A stretch of 64,000 nt of DNA. Origin: an uncultured bacterium (GTDB taxonomy: Bacteria > Patescibacteriota > Microgenomatia > UBA1400 > MFAQ01). The position numbers and the translations under genes are program-made. Under the pieces are notes generated by a model. It was not told where the DNA came from. It searched no databases and saw only the letters and a list, made by a program, of their open reading frames with translations. Positions 1 through 10,532 of the stretch are shown here, in pieces; the stretch's first letter is position 1; each line of letters opens with the position of its first letter. The DNA is taken from NCBI GenBank assembly GCA_963980225.1, contig CAXBYW010000001.1:99301-163300 (forward strand), read 5' to 3'.

Positions 1-233
1 ACTGGCCCAGACCACAAGGTTTAGCTGTGGCTGGAAAGACAGGTACCGCTCAGATACCTATTGATGGAAAATACGATCAAGAAAAAACAATTACCAGTTT
101 TATTGGCTATTTTCCTGCCCGTAATCCAACCTACACAATGCTAGTTACATTAACAGAGCCCACCACCTCTCCTTGGGGCTCCGAAACCGCTGCTCCATTA
201 TGGTTTAGGATCTTGAGCCAACTAATCCTCTAA
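1..233 (+). CDS. Penicillin-binding protein (FtsI/PBP2 class), C-terminal fragment running off the window start
   Basis: AGKTGTAQ (KTG) motif and transpeptidase C-terminus; start of dcw cluster. Confidence 0.85.
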   Translation, partial: WPRPQGLAVAGKTGTAQIPIDGKYDQEKTITSFIGYFPARNPTYTMLVTLTEPTTSPWGSETAAPLWFRILSQLIL

Positions 234-250
234 GTGTTAAAATATACCTT

Positions 251-613
251 GTGTCAATAATAAAGAAACACACCATTTCCTTTAAATACGCATTAAGCGG
301 CATCGCCTATACCTTTAGAACCCAACCGAACTTCAAGATTCATACCTTAGCTGCCATTACAGCTATCGCCGCAAGTTTTATCCTAAACATCTCTCAGACA
401 GAAAAAATAGTCATCGTCTTTACAATCTCCTTAGTCCTAATAGCAGAAATGATAAATACATCGATAGAGTCCGTGGTCGATCTTTTAACAGATAAGTTCC
501 ACCAAGAGGCTAAGATCGCCAAAGACGTTTCTGCTGGCATGGTTTTACTCTCTGCCATTGCTTCTATTTTTATTGCCTTTATTATTTTTGGTAAGTACCT
601 TATTAATATTTAA
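251..613 (+). CDS. dgkA: Diacylglycerol/undecaprenol kinase
   Basis: AEMINTSIESVVD and AKIAKDVSAGMV motifs, 3 TM segments. Confidence 0.9.
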   Translation: MSIIKKHTISFKYALSGIAYTFRTQPNFKIHTLAAITAIAASFILNISQTEKIVIVFTISLVLIAEMINTSIESVVDLLTDKFHQEAKIAKDVSAGMVLLSAIASIFIAFIIFGKYLINI

Positions 614-622
614 AACTTAAAA

Positions 623-1648
623 GTGTCCCTACTCCTTGGAATACTAATTTTCTCTTTCGCTCTCCACTCGCTGGCTATTGTTCCTTTTATTAACTACCTT
701 TACAAACTAAAGTTTTATAAAAACAAGTCGGCTATACTAGCCAGCAAAAAAGACACTGCTTCAGAACACATTCGTTCAAAAGCAAAAACACCAGAAGGTG
801 GTGGCTTCTTGATTTTAGTCATGGTCAGTCTGCTTTTTGCTCTGATTATTCCTCTTCTTAAACTACTGGGTATAGAAATCACTCATGTCTACCCACTAAA
901 TGAAGAGATAAACGTCATCTTTTTTACCTTCATTACTTTTGGGCTACTGGGTCTGTATGACGACGTAGTTGGTTTCTTCGAGTTGGATAGGCAGAGAGGT
1001 TACTCAGGGTTACGCACTAGTTACAAGTTTATTATCCAGATAACCTTGGGTTTAATTATTGGAGTCCTACTTAATATAAATCTGGGTATAGACATAATCA
1101 ACGTTCCGTTTTTAGGTGTCATCTCTTTTGGTCACTGGTTCATTCCACTAGCTGCTTTTTTGGTAGTCGTTTTTGCCAACTCAGTTAACATAACCGACGG
1201 TCTCGATGGGTTAGCTGGGGGACTGTTGATGATATCCTTATTCGGTTTCTTGTTACTGTCAGCTTCGATTCTAGACATACCTCTTTCCATCTTTATCGCC
1301 CTCCTTCTGGGTGGTCTAATCTCCTTTCTCTACTTTAACGTCTTTCCTGCTCGTATCTTCATGGGTGACGTTGGCGCTCTAGCTTTTGGTGCCACCTTCG
1401 CTACGGTCGGGCTGCTAACCGGTAAGATTTTTGCTTTAATCGTGGTCGGGTCTCCATTTTTGATAAATGGCTTTTCTAGTGTCCTGCAAATAGCTTGGGT
1501 CAAAATGTTTGGTAAACGAATTCTTCCCATAGCTCCAATCCACTACTGGCTGCTAAAAAAAGGCTGGACAGAACCAAAGATTGTCCAAAGGGCTTGGTTG
1601 ACCAGCATAATGCTAGTTATCGTCGGTCTCTGGCTCGCTTTAAGTTAA
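623..1648 (+). CDS. mraY: Phospho-N-acetylmuramoyl-pentapeptide transferase
   Basis: KTP.GGG, YDD, NITDGLDGLA, FMGDVG, APIH motifs. Confidence 0.9.
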   Translation: MSLLLGILIFSFALHSLAIVPFINYLYKLKFYKNKSAILASKKDTASEHIRSKAKTPEGGGFLILVMVSLLFALIIPLLKLLGIEITHVYPLNEEINVIFFTFITFGLLGLYDDVVGFFELDRQRGYSGLRTSYKFIIQITLGLIIGVLLNINLGIDIINVPFLGVISFGHWFIPLAAFLVVVFANSVNITDGLDGLAGGLLMISLFGFLLLSASILDIPLSIFIALLLGGLISFLYFNVFPARIFMGDVGALAFGATFATVGLLTGKIFALIVVGSPFLINGFSSVLQIAWVKMFGKRILPIAPIHYWLLKKGWTEPKIVQRAWLTSIMLVIVGLWLALS

Positions 1649-1710
1649 CCTATATAGTATAATAAAGACATCTTACTAAGCTTACAGTACGTTGATATAC
1701 GGAGGTGACA

Positions 1711-2163
1711 ATGGGAGCTATAACAGGCGAAGGGGATTTTGTTTATTTAGGCGAACTCGCACAAGATAGAGCACTTGAAGCTATGCTCAAGAAAGCAGAA
1801 GAAATTGGCTTGGATAAAGGTGTGGCTTTTATCGTAGTCCAAAAGAAAGGCCAGCAGGTTCATAGGATTGCTTATACAGTGCTCGAGTTGGAGCGTGATC
1901 CTAATCTTGATAAAGCTGGAGACATTGGGAGAAACTACTTCGGCACAGTTATGTTAAAGCTAGCACAAATGCTAGCAACCTACGAAAATAGTGGTCCTTC
2001 GGATGATAGGCCTTTGAAAGCTGGTGAGGTTGACTACGAAGGTGGAATCGTGTTTGAACCAGACGATGATCATATAGTCTTGATTGGCTACAGTGGTGGT
2101 ACCGAAGAGGAGGATGTTGATATATCCTTGATCGGAAAAACCAAATTATTAAAACCTCTATGA
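1711..2163 (+). CDS. GlcG/HbpS-like (heme-binding family) protein, accessory insertion
   Basis: C-terminal EGGIV...IGYSGGTEEEDVDI resembles GlcG family; GGAGG at 1701-1705 favours ATG 1711. Confidence 0.5.
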   Translation: MGAITGEGDFVYLGELAQDRALEAMLKKAEEIGLDKGVAFIVVQKKGQQVHRIAYTVLELERDPNLDKAGDIGRNYFGTVMLKLAQMLATYENSGPSDDRPLKAGEVDYEGGIVFEPDDDHIVLIGYSGGTEEEDVDISLIGKTKLLKPL

Positions 2164-2186
2164 TCAGTTTTTAATCTCTCTTTTTT

Positions 2187-2234
2187 GAGTCAGGTAATGT
2201 CTTTTTTCAATAGACAAAACCTGGCTCTTTTTTT
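2187..2234 (+). terminator. Intrinsic terminator
   Basis: GAGTCAGGT...ACCTGGCTC stem followed by T7. Confidence 0.6.
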
Positions 2235-2338
2235 ATCAGTAACCCACTAGTTGTTGTGATATATTGATCATATGACCGTGAAAAAAGAGAATCGAATTAG
2301 GCTCAAAAAAGTAATGTTAGCTGTAATATAACTCCCCA

Positions 2339-3409
2339 GTGTCAAGATCCAACACAAACCTCTCTGCTCGTATCTTTCTCTTAGGTTTGGGTATCTCACT
2401 TATCGGCTTAGTGGCAATCTATAACTCTTCGGCCATAGAAGGTTTTACAGATTTTCAAAATAAGTACCACTTTGTCAAAAACCAGTTAATCTGGTTAGTT
2501 TTAGGGATCACTCTATTTTTCATAATACAAAACATAAGTCTAGGTTTAATAAAAAAAATTACTCCAGCCCTGTTTTTTACCTCCCTATTTCTCATGCTCT
2601 TGGTTCTAATTCCAGGTGTCGGTAGCAAGCTTCAAGGAGCTAGAAGATGGTTGAGTTTAGGGCCAATCGGTATACAACCTTCTGAAATTTTTAAACTGTC
2701 AATTATCATGTATTTAGCCTCATGGTTGGAGAAACCGAAAGCGTTAAAAGCATTCCTTTTTCTTATTCTTTCTAGTCTTACTTTGGTCATGCTCCAGCCA
2801 GATTTGGGTACGGCCGCCGTTATCGTAACTTCTGCCTTTTCTCTCTACTACCTGTCTGGTGCCAATCTCAAGGATCTGTCTTACTTTTTTGTCTTACTTT
2901 CCACCTTAGTAGCAATGTTAATTTTTGCATCTCCCTACCGTCTTTTAAGACTAAAGACCTTTTTAGATCCTACCCAAGATCCACTGGGTTCCTCATACCA
3001 CATTAACCAGGTTCTAATCGGCTTGGGGTCTGGCGGCCTATCTGGTATGGGTTTGGGTAAATCTAGGCAAAAATATGCCTATCTCCCAGAATCTACGACA
3101 GATTCCATATTTGTGGTGATAGGGGAGGAGCTGGGCTTCATTGGTGGTGCAGTCTTAGTGGGCTTATTCACGGCCTTCATCCTTTCCGCATTTAATATTG
3201 CTCAACGTGCCACCACACACTACCACCGGCTACTCTCCTCAGGCTTAACTTTGTTGCTCCTGACCCAAATTTTTGTTAACCTTGGTGCTATGGTGGCTTT
3301 ACTTCCTTTGACGGGAATGCCCCTACCATTCATTTCTTATGGTGGGTCTTCCTTGATCACCACGTACATATCTTTAGGATTACTAGCAAACATAGCTAAA
3401 AACAAATGA
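2339..3409 (+). CDS. ftsW: Cell division SEDS protein FtsW
   Basis: GARRWL, QPSE, QPDLG, YLPESTTDSIF, PLTG.PLPFISYGGSS; directly upstream of murG. Confidence 0.9.
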   Translation: MSRSNTNLSARIFLLGLGISLIGLVAIYNSSAIEGFTDFQNKYHFVKNQLIWLVLGITLFFIIQNISLGLIKKITPALFFTSLFLMLLVLIPGVGSKLQGARRWLSLGPIGIQPSEIFKLSIIMYLASWLEKPKALKAFLFLILSSLTLVMLQPDLGTAAVIVTSAFSLYYLSGANLKDLSYFFVLLSTLVAMLIFASPYRLLRLKTFLDPTQDPLGSSYHINQVLIGLGSGGLSGMGLGKSRQKYAYLPESTTDSIFVVIGEELGFIGGAVLVGLFTAFILSAFNIAQRATTHYHRLLSSGLTLLLLTQIFVNLGAMVALLPLTGMPLPFISYGGSSLITTYISLGLLANIAKNK

Positions 3410-4479
3410 AAAAGAAAAAAATTATCTTTACCGGTGGCCATCACAACTCAGGCTTAGAAGTGGCCTTACTGGCCAAAAAAAATGGCTACGAGGTAGTCTG
3501 GGTAGGCCATAAATTCACTAGCAGAGGAGACAAAAGCCTATCAGCCGAATACAAAGAGATAACTAAAAATGATATTGAATTTCTAGAGTTAAAGACAGGT
3601 AGGGTTTACAAACAAAGTAACCCCCTAGAGTACTTAAAGGTTCTCTTGGGCTTTATCCAAGCTTTCTCCTATCTTTTAATGCACAAACCATCCTTGATTT
3701 TTTCTTCTGGTGGATTTATTGCCGTGCCAGTAGTTATTACCGGCTGGTTCTTCGGTATTCCTACCATCACCCATGAACAGACCGTGACTGCTGGTTGGGC
3801 TAACCGAGCGCTGTCTCCATTTGTTAAAAAAATCCTCCTTACTCATCAGTCTTCCAAAAAAAACTTCCCCAGCAAAAAAACAATCGTAGTGGGGCTACCT
3901 CTTAAGAAAAAACTACTAGACAGGGCTCCAAAGGTTCAGTTCAAACCCAAGCTTCTTTATATAACTTGTGGTAAGCAAGGCTCACATATTATTAACTCCA
4001 GCATCTTTCCTCTGATTCCCGAGTTAGTCAAAAAATACACAGTCGTCCATCAAACAGGAGCTAATACAAAGACTCAAGATATCAGTAAAGCCAGGAGAGT
4101 AAAAAAATCACTAGGCAAATACGCAAGTCGCTATATTCATGCACCATACTTTTTTGCCAACGAAGCTGCCAACTACTTAAGGTCCGCCCACTTGGTTATA
4201 AGTAGGGCAGGAGCCCACACCACTTACGAACTTTGCCTACTTGGTAAAAGAGCAATATTTATTCCCATCCCCTGGGTCTCTCATAATGAACAGTTTCTAA
4301 ATGCCGACCTAGCCATTAAGACTATCACCGGATCAATTATCCAGGAAAAAGATTTAAGTCCCAAAACAATGATGAAAACTATCAAGAAGATTGACAAGAA
4401 AAAACTAAAACCTGTTTCTAAAACCTTGATTACCGATGCTACTCAAAGAATAATAAAGATAATCAACCAGACAGTCTAA
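3406..4479 (+). CDS. murG: MurG glycosyltransferase (GT28)
   Basis: TGGHH, GGFIAVP, HEQT, SRAGA, EQFLNA motifs. Confidence 0.88.
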   Translation: MKKKKIIFTGGHHNSGLEVALLAKKNGYEVVWVGHKFTSRGDKSLSAEYKEITKNDIEFLELKTGRVYKQSNPLEYLKVLLGFIQAFSYLLMHKPSLIFSSGGFIAVPVVITGWFFGIPTITHEQTVTAGWANRALSPFVKKILLTHQSSKKNFPSKKTIVVGLPLKKKLLDRAPKVQFKPKLLYITCGKQGSHIINSSIFPLIPELVKKYTVVHQTGANTKTQDISKARRVKKSLGKYASRYIHAPYFFANEAANYLRSAHLVISRAGAHTTYELCLLGKRAIFIPIPWVSHNEQFLNADLAIKTITGSIIQEKDLSPKTMMKTIKKIDKKKLKPVSKTLITDATQRIIKIINQTV

Positions 4480-5102
4480 TGGGTTTTAAAAAAAGGACAA
4501 CCCGCCGTCATGGACAAAAAATCCAAAAACTGAAACAGGTGGCCATAGCTTCCATATTCATAATTCTCGCTTTACTAATCAATCAGTTAATCATTAAGTT
4601 CGATCTGTTTAAAAAACCAACTAAGGAAGTTGCCCAGACCCAACCGTTATCAATCTTGGTATATCTAAACTACCTAGAACCCACACTGTCCTTAAGTAGC
4701 TCACAGTCAGCTAGTTTAAGGTCTCCGGTCTTAGAGTTAGACAACTTTACTAGCTCCTTGTCTGCTCAAACATACAACTTGTTTCCAAATGGAGATCTGA
4801 TCCCCGGCGAAGATAACTCTACTAGTATAAAGCTGCTTTTTAGTGAAAAACCTCTTCAACAAAAACTAAAACAAATCTTTATACTGATTACCAGCGTTAA
4901 CCGCGCCTTACCAATAACCAAAGGGTATTTACTAAAAGATAGCTTGTATATCGCCACATCAAACTTACCAGACATTATAATGAAGTCAGACTACAAAGAA
5001 GAAGAACTATCAAAAGCTTTACAAGTGATCCCCTCACTAGCTAAAATCAAAGATAATACAAAAATAATAGATCTAAGATTCAATAATCCAACCATTCGAT
5101 AA
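4479..5102 (+). CDS. Divergent FtsQ/DivIB-like membrane protein
   Basis: N-terminal TM, C-terminal IDLRF motif, position between murG and ftsA. Confidence 0.55.
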   Translation: MGFKKRTTRRHGQKIQKLKQVAIASIFIILALLINQLIIKFDLFKKPTKEVAQTQPLSILVYLNYLEPTLSLSSSQSASLRSPVLELDNFTSSLSAQTYNLFPNGDLIPGEDNSTSIKLLFSEKPLQQKLKQIFILITSVNRALPITKGYLLKDSLYIATSNLPDIIMKSDYKEEELSKALQVIPSLAKIKDNTKIIDLRFNNPTIR

Positions 5103-5104
5103 TA

Positions 5105-6379
5105 ATGACAAAAACAACGGGAGTAAACGCAATAGACATAGGAACAAGTAAGGTTACCTGTCTTATTACCAAACCCTCAACTGACTCAGAAAAAATCAAC
5201 GTAGTTGGCGTCGCCACCCTACCAAGTAGGGGAATGGGTAGAAGTAGAAACAATGCCGGTACAATTGTAAATATAGAAGAAGTTGCCGGTTCTATTACCG
5301 ACTGTGTCGAATCAGCTGAGCGAATGGCTGGTTTCAACATCAACTCTGCTCAGGTTTCCATATCCGGATCTCTAATAAAGTCCCAAAATAGCCAGGGAGT
5401 AGTTGCCGTCACCGAACCAGAGGGAGAGATTTCATCAGAGGATATATATAGAGCCATAGAAGCCGCCAGGGCAGTATCATTACCTTCTTCTCGTGAGATT
5501 ATGCACGTCTTGCCTCGTGAGTTCTCAGTAGACTCTCAAAAAGGTATAAAAGACCCCATCGGTATGTCTGGTATTAGGCTAGAAACAGAAGCTCACATCA
5601 TTACCGGTTCGACTACCGCCATCAAAAACACCACCAAAGTCATTAGCGAGATCGGTATCAATGTTCAAAATACCGTTTTCTCTGGTTTAGCATCTGCCCT
5701 GTCCACTCTTACTGACACAGAAAAAGAGCTAGGAGTTGTCTCTGTCGATATCGGAGCTGGTGTCACCAATGTAACCATCTTTGTCGACTCTGCTTGCAGC
5801 TACTCCAGCGTCATTCCTCTAGGAGCAAGAAAGATCACTGACGATATAGCCTTGGGTCTAATGGTCAGTCTAGACAGTGCCGAGAAAATAAAGCACCACA
5901 TATCTGTCTCAAAGAAAGATCTTGGGGAAAAAGACGAAATCAACCTAGCCAAGATAGGTGTCAAAGAGGAAATAAGGAATGTTTCCAGAAAAACACTATC
6001 AGAAGGCATTATTAGACCTAGACTAAATGAGATATTCACCTTAGTAGGAGGGGTAATTAGAAAATCTGGTTTTGCTGGTCAAGCCCCATCGGGAATTGTT
6101 CTTTCTGGTGGAGGTTCTCTAACTATCGGTGCCACAGAGTCATGTAAGCGTGTCCTACAACTACCTACCCGCTTAAGTACTCCAGTCGGCCTATCAGGTC
6201 TAACAGAAGAAATAGACTCTCCAGAATACGCTACAGCAGTCGGTCTAGTTCTTTATGGCTATCAACACAACGACTCATCCATTCCTACTAGCTTTAAAAT
6301 AGACAATGTCCTAAAAAAACTTCCTTTCAAAGAAATATCTAAAAAAGCTACAGACTTCTTTAAATCTCTCATGCCCTAG
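5105..6379 (+). CDS. ftsA: Cell division protein FtsA
   Basis: AIDIGTSK, AERMAG, VDIGAG, LSGGGS motifs. Confidence 0.95.
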   Translation: MTKTTGVNAIDIGTSKVTCLITKPSTDSEKINVVGVATLPSRGMGRSRNNAGTIVNIEEVAGSITDCVESAERMAGFNINSAQVSISGSLIKSQNSQGVVAVTEPEGEISSEDIYRAIEAARAVSLPSSREIMHVLPREFSVDSQKGIKDPIGMSGIRLETEAHIITGSTTAIKNTTKVISEIGINVQNTVFSGLASALSTLTDTEKELGVVSVDIGAGVTNVTIFVDSACSYSSVIPLGARKITDDIALGLMVSLDSAEKIKHHISVSKKDLGEKDEINLAKIGVKEEIRNVSRKTLSEGIIRPRLNEIFTLVGGVIRKSGFAGQAPSGIVLSGGGSLTIGATESCKRVLQLPTRLSTPVGLSGLTEEIDSPEYATAVGLVLYGYQHNDSSIPTSFKIDNVLKKLPFKEISKKATDFFKSLMP

Positions 6380-6414
6380 TTGTCTTTTGTTTTAATATCT
6401 TGTAATATCCACTC

Positions 6415-7569
6415 ATGGCATTAGTTAGACCGGACATTAATTCATTCGCAAAAATCAAAGTTCTCGGTGTTGGTGGGGGTGGTAATAACGCAGTCAACTA
6501 CATGGTCACCGATGGTGAAATAAAAGGAGTAGAGTTCATTGCCATAAACACAGACATGCAGGCCTTACTAGCAAGTAACGCCGACATAAAGTTGCAAATT
6601 GGAGAAAAACTAACCAAAGGTTTGGGTTCTGGTTCTAATCCAGACATAGGTCAAGCTGCTGCTGAAGAATCAACCGAGAAAATCAAAAACCTTCTTACTG
6701 GTACAGACATGGTCTTCATTACTTGCGGAGAAGGTGGCGGAACAGGAACAGGAGCTGCCCCCGTTATTGCTAAAATTGCTAGAGACACAGGTGCCCTAAC
6801 AGTGGCTGTAGTCACCAAACCATTTCCTTTCGAAGGCGCTAGGCGTATGGTCAACGCAGAAGAAGGAGTCGACTCCTTAAAAGATTCAGTAGACACCTTA
6901 ATCGTAATCCCTAATGAAAAATTACTAGAAGTGGCTAAAAAAGATCTTCCTCTTACAGAAGCTTTCCATGTTGCCGACTCTGTCTTGGCTCAAGGTGTTC
7001 AAAGTATCTCAGACTTAATTACCATCCCTGGTTTAATAAACGTAGACTTTGCTGACGTCAAAGCCATCATGCTTAACGCAGGTACTGCTCTGATGGGTAT
7101 CGGTACTGCTTCAGGGGATAATAGGGCTCAAAAAGCCGCAGAGGAAGCAATCAACTCACCTTTGCTTGAAGTAAACATAGAGGGCGCTAGAGGCATACTC
7201 TTCAACATTACCGGTAGTAACGACCTGACCATGGGAGAGGTCAACAAAGCTGCCAACATCATAACTTCAGCTGCTGATCCAGATGCCAACATAATCTTTG
7301 GTGCCACAATCAACAAAGACATGAAAGACAGTGTAAAGATCTCTGTTATCGCCACTGGTTTTGATCAGTCAAGGAAAAGACTCCAAGACATCATGGGTCA
7401 GATAAATCAGCCGCCAAAAGAACTGGAAACAACTGAAGAATCAAAGAACAAAAAACCAGAGACAGAAACAACAATAAAAAGCTCTAAAGTAAACAAAATG
7501 GAAATAGAACATAGTGAGGTAGTTATAGAGGATGACCTGGACATTCCTGCCTTTCTCCGTAATAAATAA
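6415..7569 (+). CDS. ftsZ: Cell division protein FtsZ
   Basis: [16 protein letters not shown]-terminal DIPAFLR. Confidence 0.98.
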   Translation: MALVRPDINSFAKIKVLGVGGGGNNAVNYMVTDGEIKGVEFIAINTDMQALLASNADIKLQIGEKLTKGLGSGSNPDIGQAAAEESTEKIKNLLTGTDMVFITCGEGGGTGTGAAPVIAKIARDTGALTVAVVTKPFPFEGARRMVNAEEGVDSLKDSVDTLIVIPNEKLLEVAKKDLPLTEAFHVADSVLAQGVQSISDLITIPGLINVDFADVKAIMLNAGTALMGIGTASGDNRAQKAAEEAINSPLLEVNIEGARGILFNITGSNDLTMGEVNKAANIITSAADPDANIIFGATINKDMKDSVKISVIATGFDQSRKRLQDIMGQINQPPKELETTEESKNKKPETETTIKSSKVNKMEIEHSEVVIEDDLDIPAFLRNK

Positions 7570-7613
7570 GCAAAACACCCATCTGGTCATAGATTTCTAG
7601 TAAAATTTAGAGA

Positions 7614-10532
7614 ATGGAAAGTAAATCACACAAGATAAAACCAGTCGACTCAAGACCAGACTTTGTAAAACTTGAAAAAGAACTGCTAGAAAAGTGGTAC
7701 AAAAATGGCGTCGTAGATAAATATCTAAAGAAGAATAATGCCAAAGAAAAAACGTTTTCTTTCATAGATGGGCCAATTACCGCCAACAATCCAATGGGTG
7801 TTCACCACGCCTGGGGACGTACATACAAAGACATGTGGCAACGTTACAAAAACATGCAGGGCTTTAAACAACGTTTTCAAAGTGGTTTTGACTGTCAAGG
7901 TCTCTGGGTAGAGGTAGAGGTCGAAAAAGACCTGGGTTTTAGGTTCAAAAAAGACATCGAGGATTACGGAATAGAAAAATTTGTTCAAAAATGTAAAGAC
8001 AGGGTAATGAAGTATTCTGCGATCCAAACAGATCAAAGTAAGCGCTTAGGTTACTTCATGGACTGGGACAACTCTTACTTCACCATGTCTAATGACAACA
8101 ACTACATGATCTGGAACTTCCTCAAGGTCTGTCACAAAAATGGTTGGTTGTATAAAGGTAATGACTCCGTTCCTTGGTGTCCCAGATGTCAAACGGCTAT
8201 TAGCCAACATGAAATATTAACAGAGGACTATAAAGAAGTTGTCCATGACTCAATTTACTTAAACTTCCCTTTACTGGACCATGATAATGAATACCTGCTT
8301 GTCTGGACCACAACTCCTTGGACTATTCCAGCTAATATAGCTGTTGCTGTTGATCCAAAAATAAAGTACGTCTTAGTTCAAAAAGGACCCAGTAGTTACT
8401 GGGTAGCCAAAGACTTAAAGGACAAGATTTTTGACACAGAAGATAAGGTGGTAAGAACAGTCTTGGGTCAGGAGTTAGTCGGTTTAAAATATAAAGGACC
8501 TTTTGACTCTTTACCAGCCGCTAAAAAAGTAGCCCAAGAAAACAAGGAAAAATTCCACACAGTAATAGCCACTGATCCTTTAATCATGCCAATCATCATG
8601 ACAGAGGGTACAGGTTTGGTTCACACTGCAGTTTCGGCTGGTACCGAGGACTTTAAATTGGGTAAAAAGTACGGTCTACCCATGATACCTGTGATTGCAG
8701 ATGACGCTAGCTACCTAGAAGGCCTAGGTTTCTTAACTGGTCAAAACGCCAAGAAACACCCCGAGCTGATCCTGGACTATCTAAAAGAGCAAGATGAAAA
8801 GGGAGACAACTGGGTATTCAAGATCTATCCATACAAGCACAGATACCCTGGTTGTTGGCGCTGTAAAAAAGAACTAGTCTGGAAAGTAACCGACGAGTGG
8901 TATATCGCCATGGACAAAGGTAAGCCAAGTCTTCGTCAACGAATGCAGGCTGTGACTAAGAAAACAAAGTGGATTCCCAAGTTCGGCTTAGATAGAGAGC
9001 TAGACTGGTTAACCAACATGCATGACTGGTTAATATCAAAGAAAAATAGGTACTGGGGTCTTTGTTTACCAATCTGGGAATGTGACTGTGGCAACTTTGA
9101 AGTAATTGGTGGAGAAAAAGAGTTAGAGAAAAAAGCAGTCAAAGGTTGGGATAAGTTTAAAGGACACACTCCCCACAAACCTTTTATGGATGAGATAAAA
9201 ATTAAGTGTAGTAAGTGTAGCAAGGTAATCTCACGAGTTGAGCCAGTAGGTAGTCCTTGGCTGGATGCCGGCATAGTTCCTTTTTCCACCTTAGTAGATC
9301 CAGACACGGGCAAACCAAGCTATACATCAGACCAGAAGTACTTTAAAAAGTGGTTCCCAGCAGACTTTATTACAGAGTCTTTCCCCGGTCAGTTCAAAAA
9401 CTGGTTCTACTCTTTAATTGCCATGAGTACTGTTTTAGAGGATAAAAATCCATTTGAAAATGTCTTGGGATTTGCCACCGCTCTAGCAGAAAATGGTAAA
9501 GAAATGCACAAGTCAGATGGCACTTCCATAGAATTCAATAAGGCAGCTGATGAAATAGGGGTAGACGTTATGCGCTGGCTTTATGCTAGACAAAACCCAG
9601 AAAGAAACTTACTTTTTGGATACAACAGCACCAACGAAGTTAAACGACAGTTCCATATGTTCTTGTGGAACTCTTATCGCTTTTTTGTTAACTACGCTGC
9701 TCTAGAAGACTGGAAGCCTAAAAAAGAACTGCTAAATCCAACTATTTTAGATAAATGGATATTGTCTCGCTTGGACCAAACAGTTCTTAAGGTAACTTCA
9801 AGTCTTGATAAATTTAATGCCCATTCTGGAACCAAAGCGATAGAAGAATTCACTAGTGATTTCTCTACCTGGTATATCCGTCGCAGTAGAGACCGTGTCG
9901 GTCCAGGTGCTTCAAAAGGCAAAGACAAAGAGGTTTGTTACCAAACATTCTTTACAGTACTGGAAACACTCTCAAGGCTTCTCATGCCTTACACACCATT
10001 CCTAGCAGATGCCATCTACACCAACCTCACTGGAAATGAGTCTGTTAACCTAGCTGACTGGCCTAAAAAACCAAAGTCCAAAGATATAAACAAGGAACTT
10101 TTAAACCAAATGGCTTTGGTTAGAAAAATCTGTGAGCAAGCACACGCCCAACGAAAAATAAATGAACTAGCAGTCAAGCAACCTTTAAGTAGTGTTACTG
10201 TAGAAATAAGTGACTCTCTTGCTTTAGAAGAAAATAAAGACTTCTTACAGTTAATTAAAGAAGAGATTAACGTAGAAAAAGTCATCTTTAAGAAAGGGGA
10301 GGCTCTGTCTGTAGAGCTAGATACGGAGCTAACCGCAGATCTAGTTAAAAAACGTCAAACTAGAGAGGTGATAAGGTTAATTCAACAAAAACGAAAAGAC
10401 GCAGGCTGCAAACTAGATGAAATAGTGGACGTAACCTTACCAAGCTGGCCAAAAGAGTATGAAGACGTAATTAAAGCAAAGACTTTGGTAGGTAAAATTA
10501 CCAAGGGTAAAGAAGTTACTATAAAAAAATAA
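7614..10532 (+). CDS. ileS: Isoleucine--tRNA ligase (type 2)
   Basis: DGPITAN, GVHH, WTTTPWT, GTGLVH, EMHKS, WYIRRSRDR motifs. Confidence 0.95.
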   Translation: MESKSHKIKPVDSRPDFVKLEKELLEKWYKNGVVDKYLKKNNAKEKTFSFIDGPITANNPMGVHHAWGRTYKDMWQRYKNMQGFKQRFQSGFDCQGLWVEVEVEKDLGFRFKKDIEDYGIEKFVQKCKDRVMKYSAIQTDQSKRLGYFMDWDNSYFTMSNDNNYMIWNFLKVCHKNGWLYKGNDSVPWCPRCQTAISQHEILTEDYKEVVHDSIYLNFPLLDHDNEYLLVWTTTPWTIPANIAVAVDPKIKYVLVQKGPSSYWVAKDLKDKIFDTEDKVVRTVLGQELVGLKYKGPFDSLPAAKKVAQENKEKFHTVIATDPLIMPIIMTEGTGLVHTAVSAGTEDFKLGKKYGLPMIPVIADDASYLEGLGFLTGQNAKKHPELILDYLKEQDEKGDNWVFKIYPYKHRYPGCWRCKKELVWKVTDEWYIAMDKGKPSLRQRMQAVTKKTKWIPKFGLDRELDWLTNMHDWLISKKNRYWGLCLPIWECDCGNFEVIGGEKELEKKAVKGWDKFKGHTPHKPFMDEIKIKCSKCSKVISRVEPVGSPWLDAGIVPFSTLVDPDTGKPSYTSDQKYFKKWFPADFITESFPGQFKNWFYSLIAMSTVLEDKNPFENVLGFATALAENGKEMHKSDGTSIEFNKAADEIGVDVMRWLYARQNPERNLLFGYNSTNEVKRQFHMFLWNSYRFFVNYAALEDWKPKKELLNPTILDKWILSRLDQTVLKVTSSLDKFNAHSGTKAIEEFTSDFSTWYIRRSRDRVGPGASKGKDKEVCYQTFFTVLETLSRLLMPYTPFLADAIYTNLTGNESVNLADWPKKPKSKDINKELLNQMALVRKICEQAHAQRKINELAVKQPLSSVTVEISDSLALEENKDFLQLIKEEINVEKVIFKKGEALSVELDTELTADLVKKRQTREVIRLIQQKRKDAGCKLDEIVDVTLPSWPKEYEDVIKAKTLVGKITKGKEVTIKK

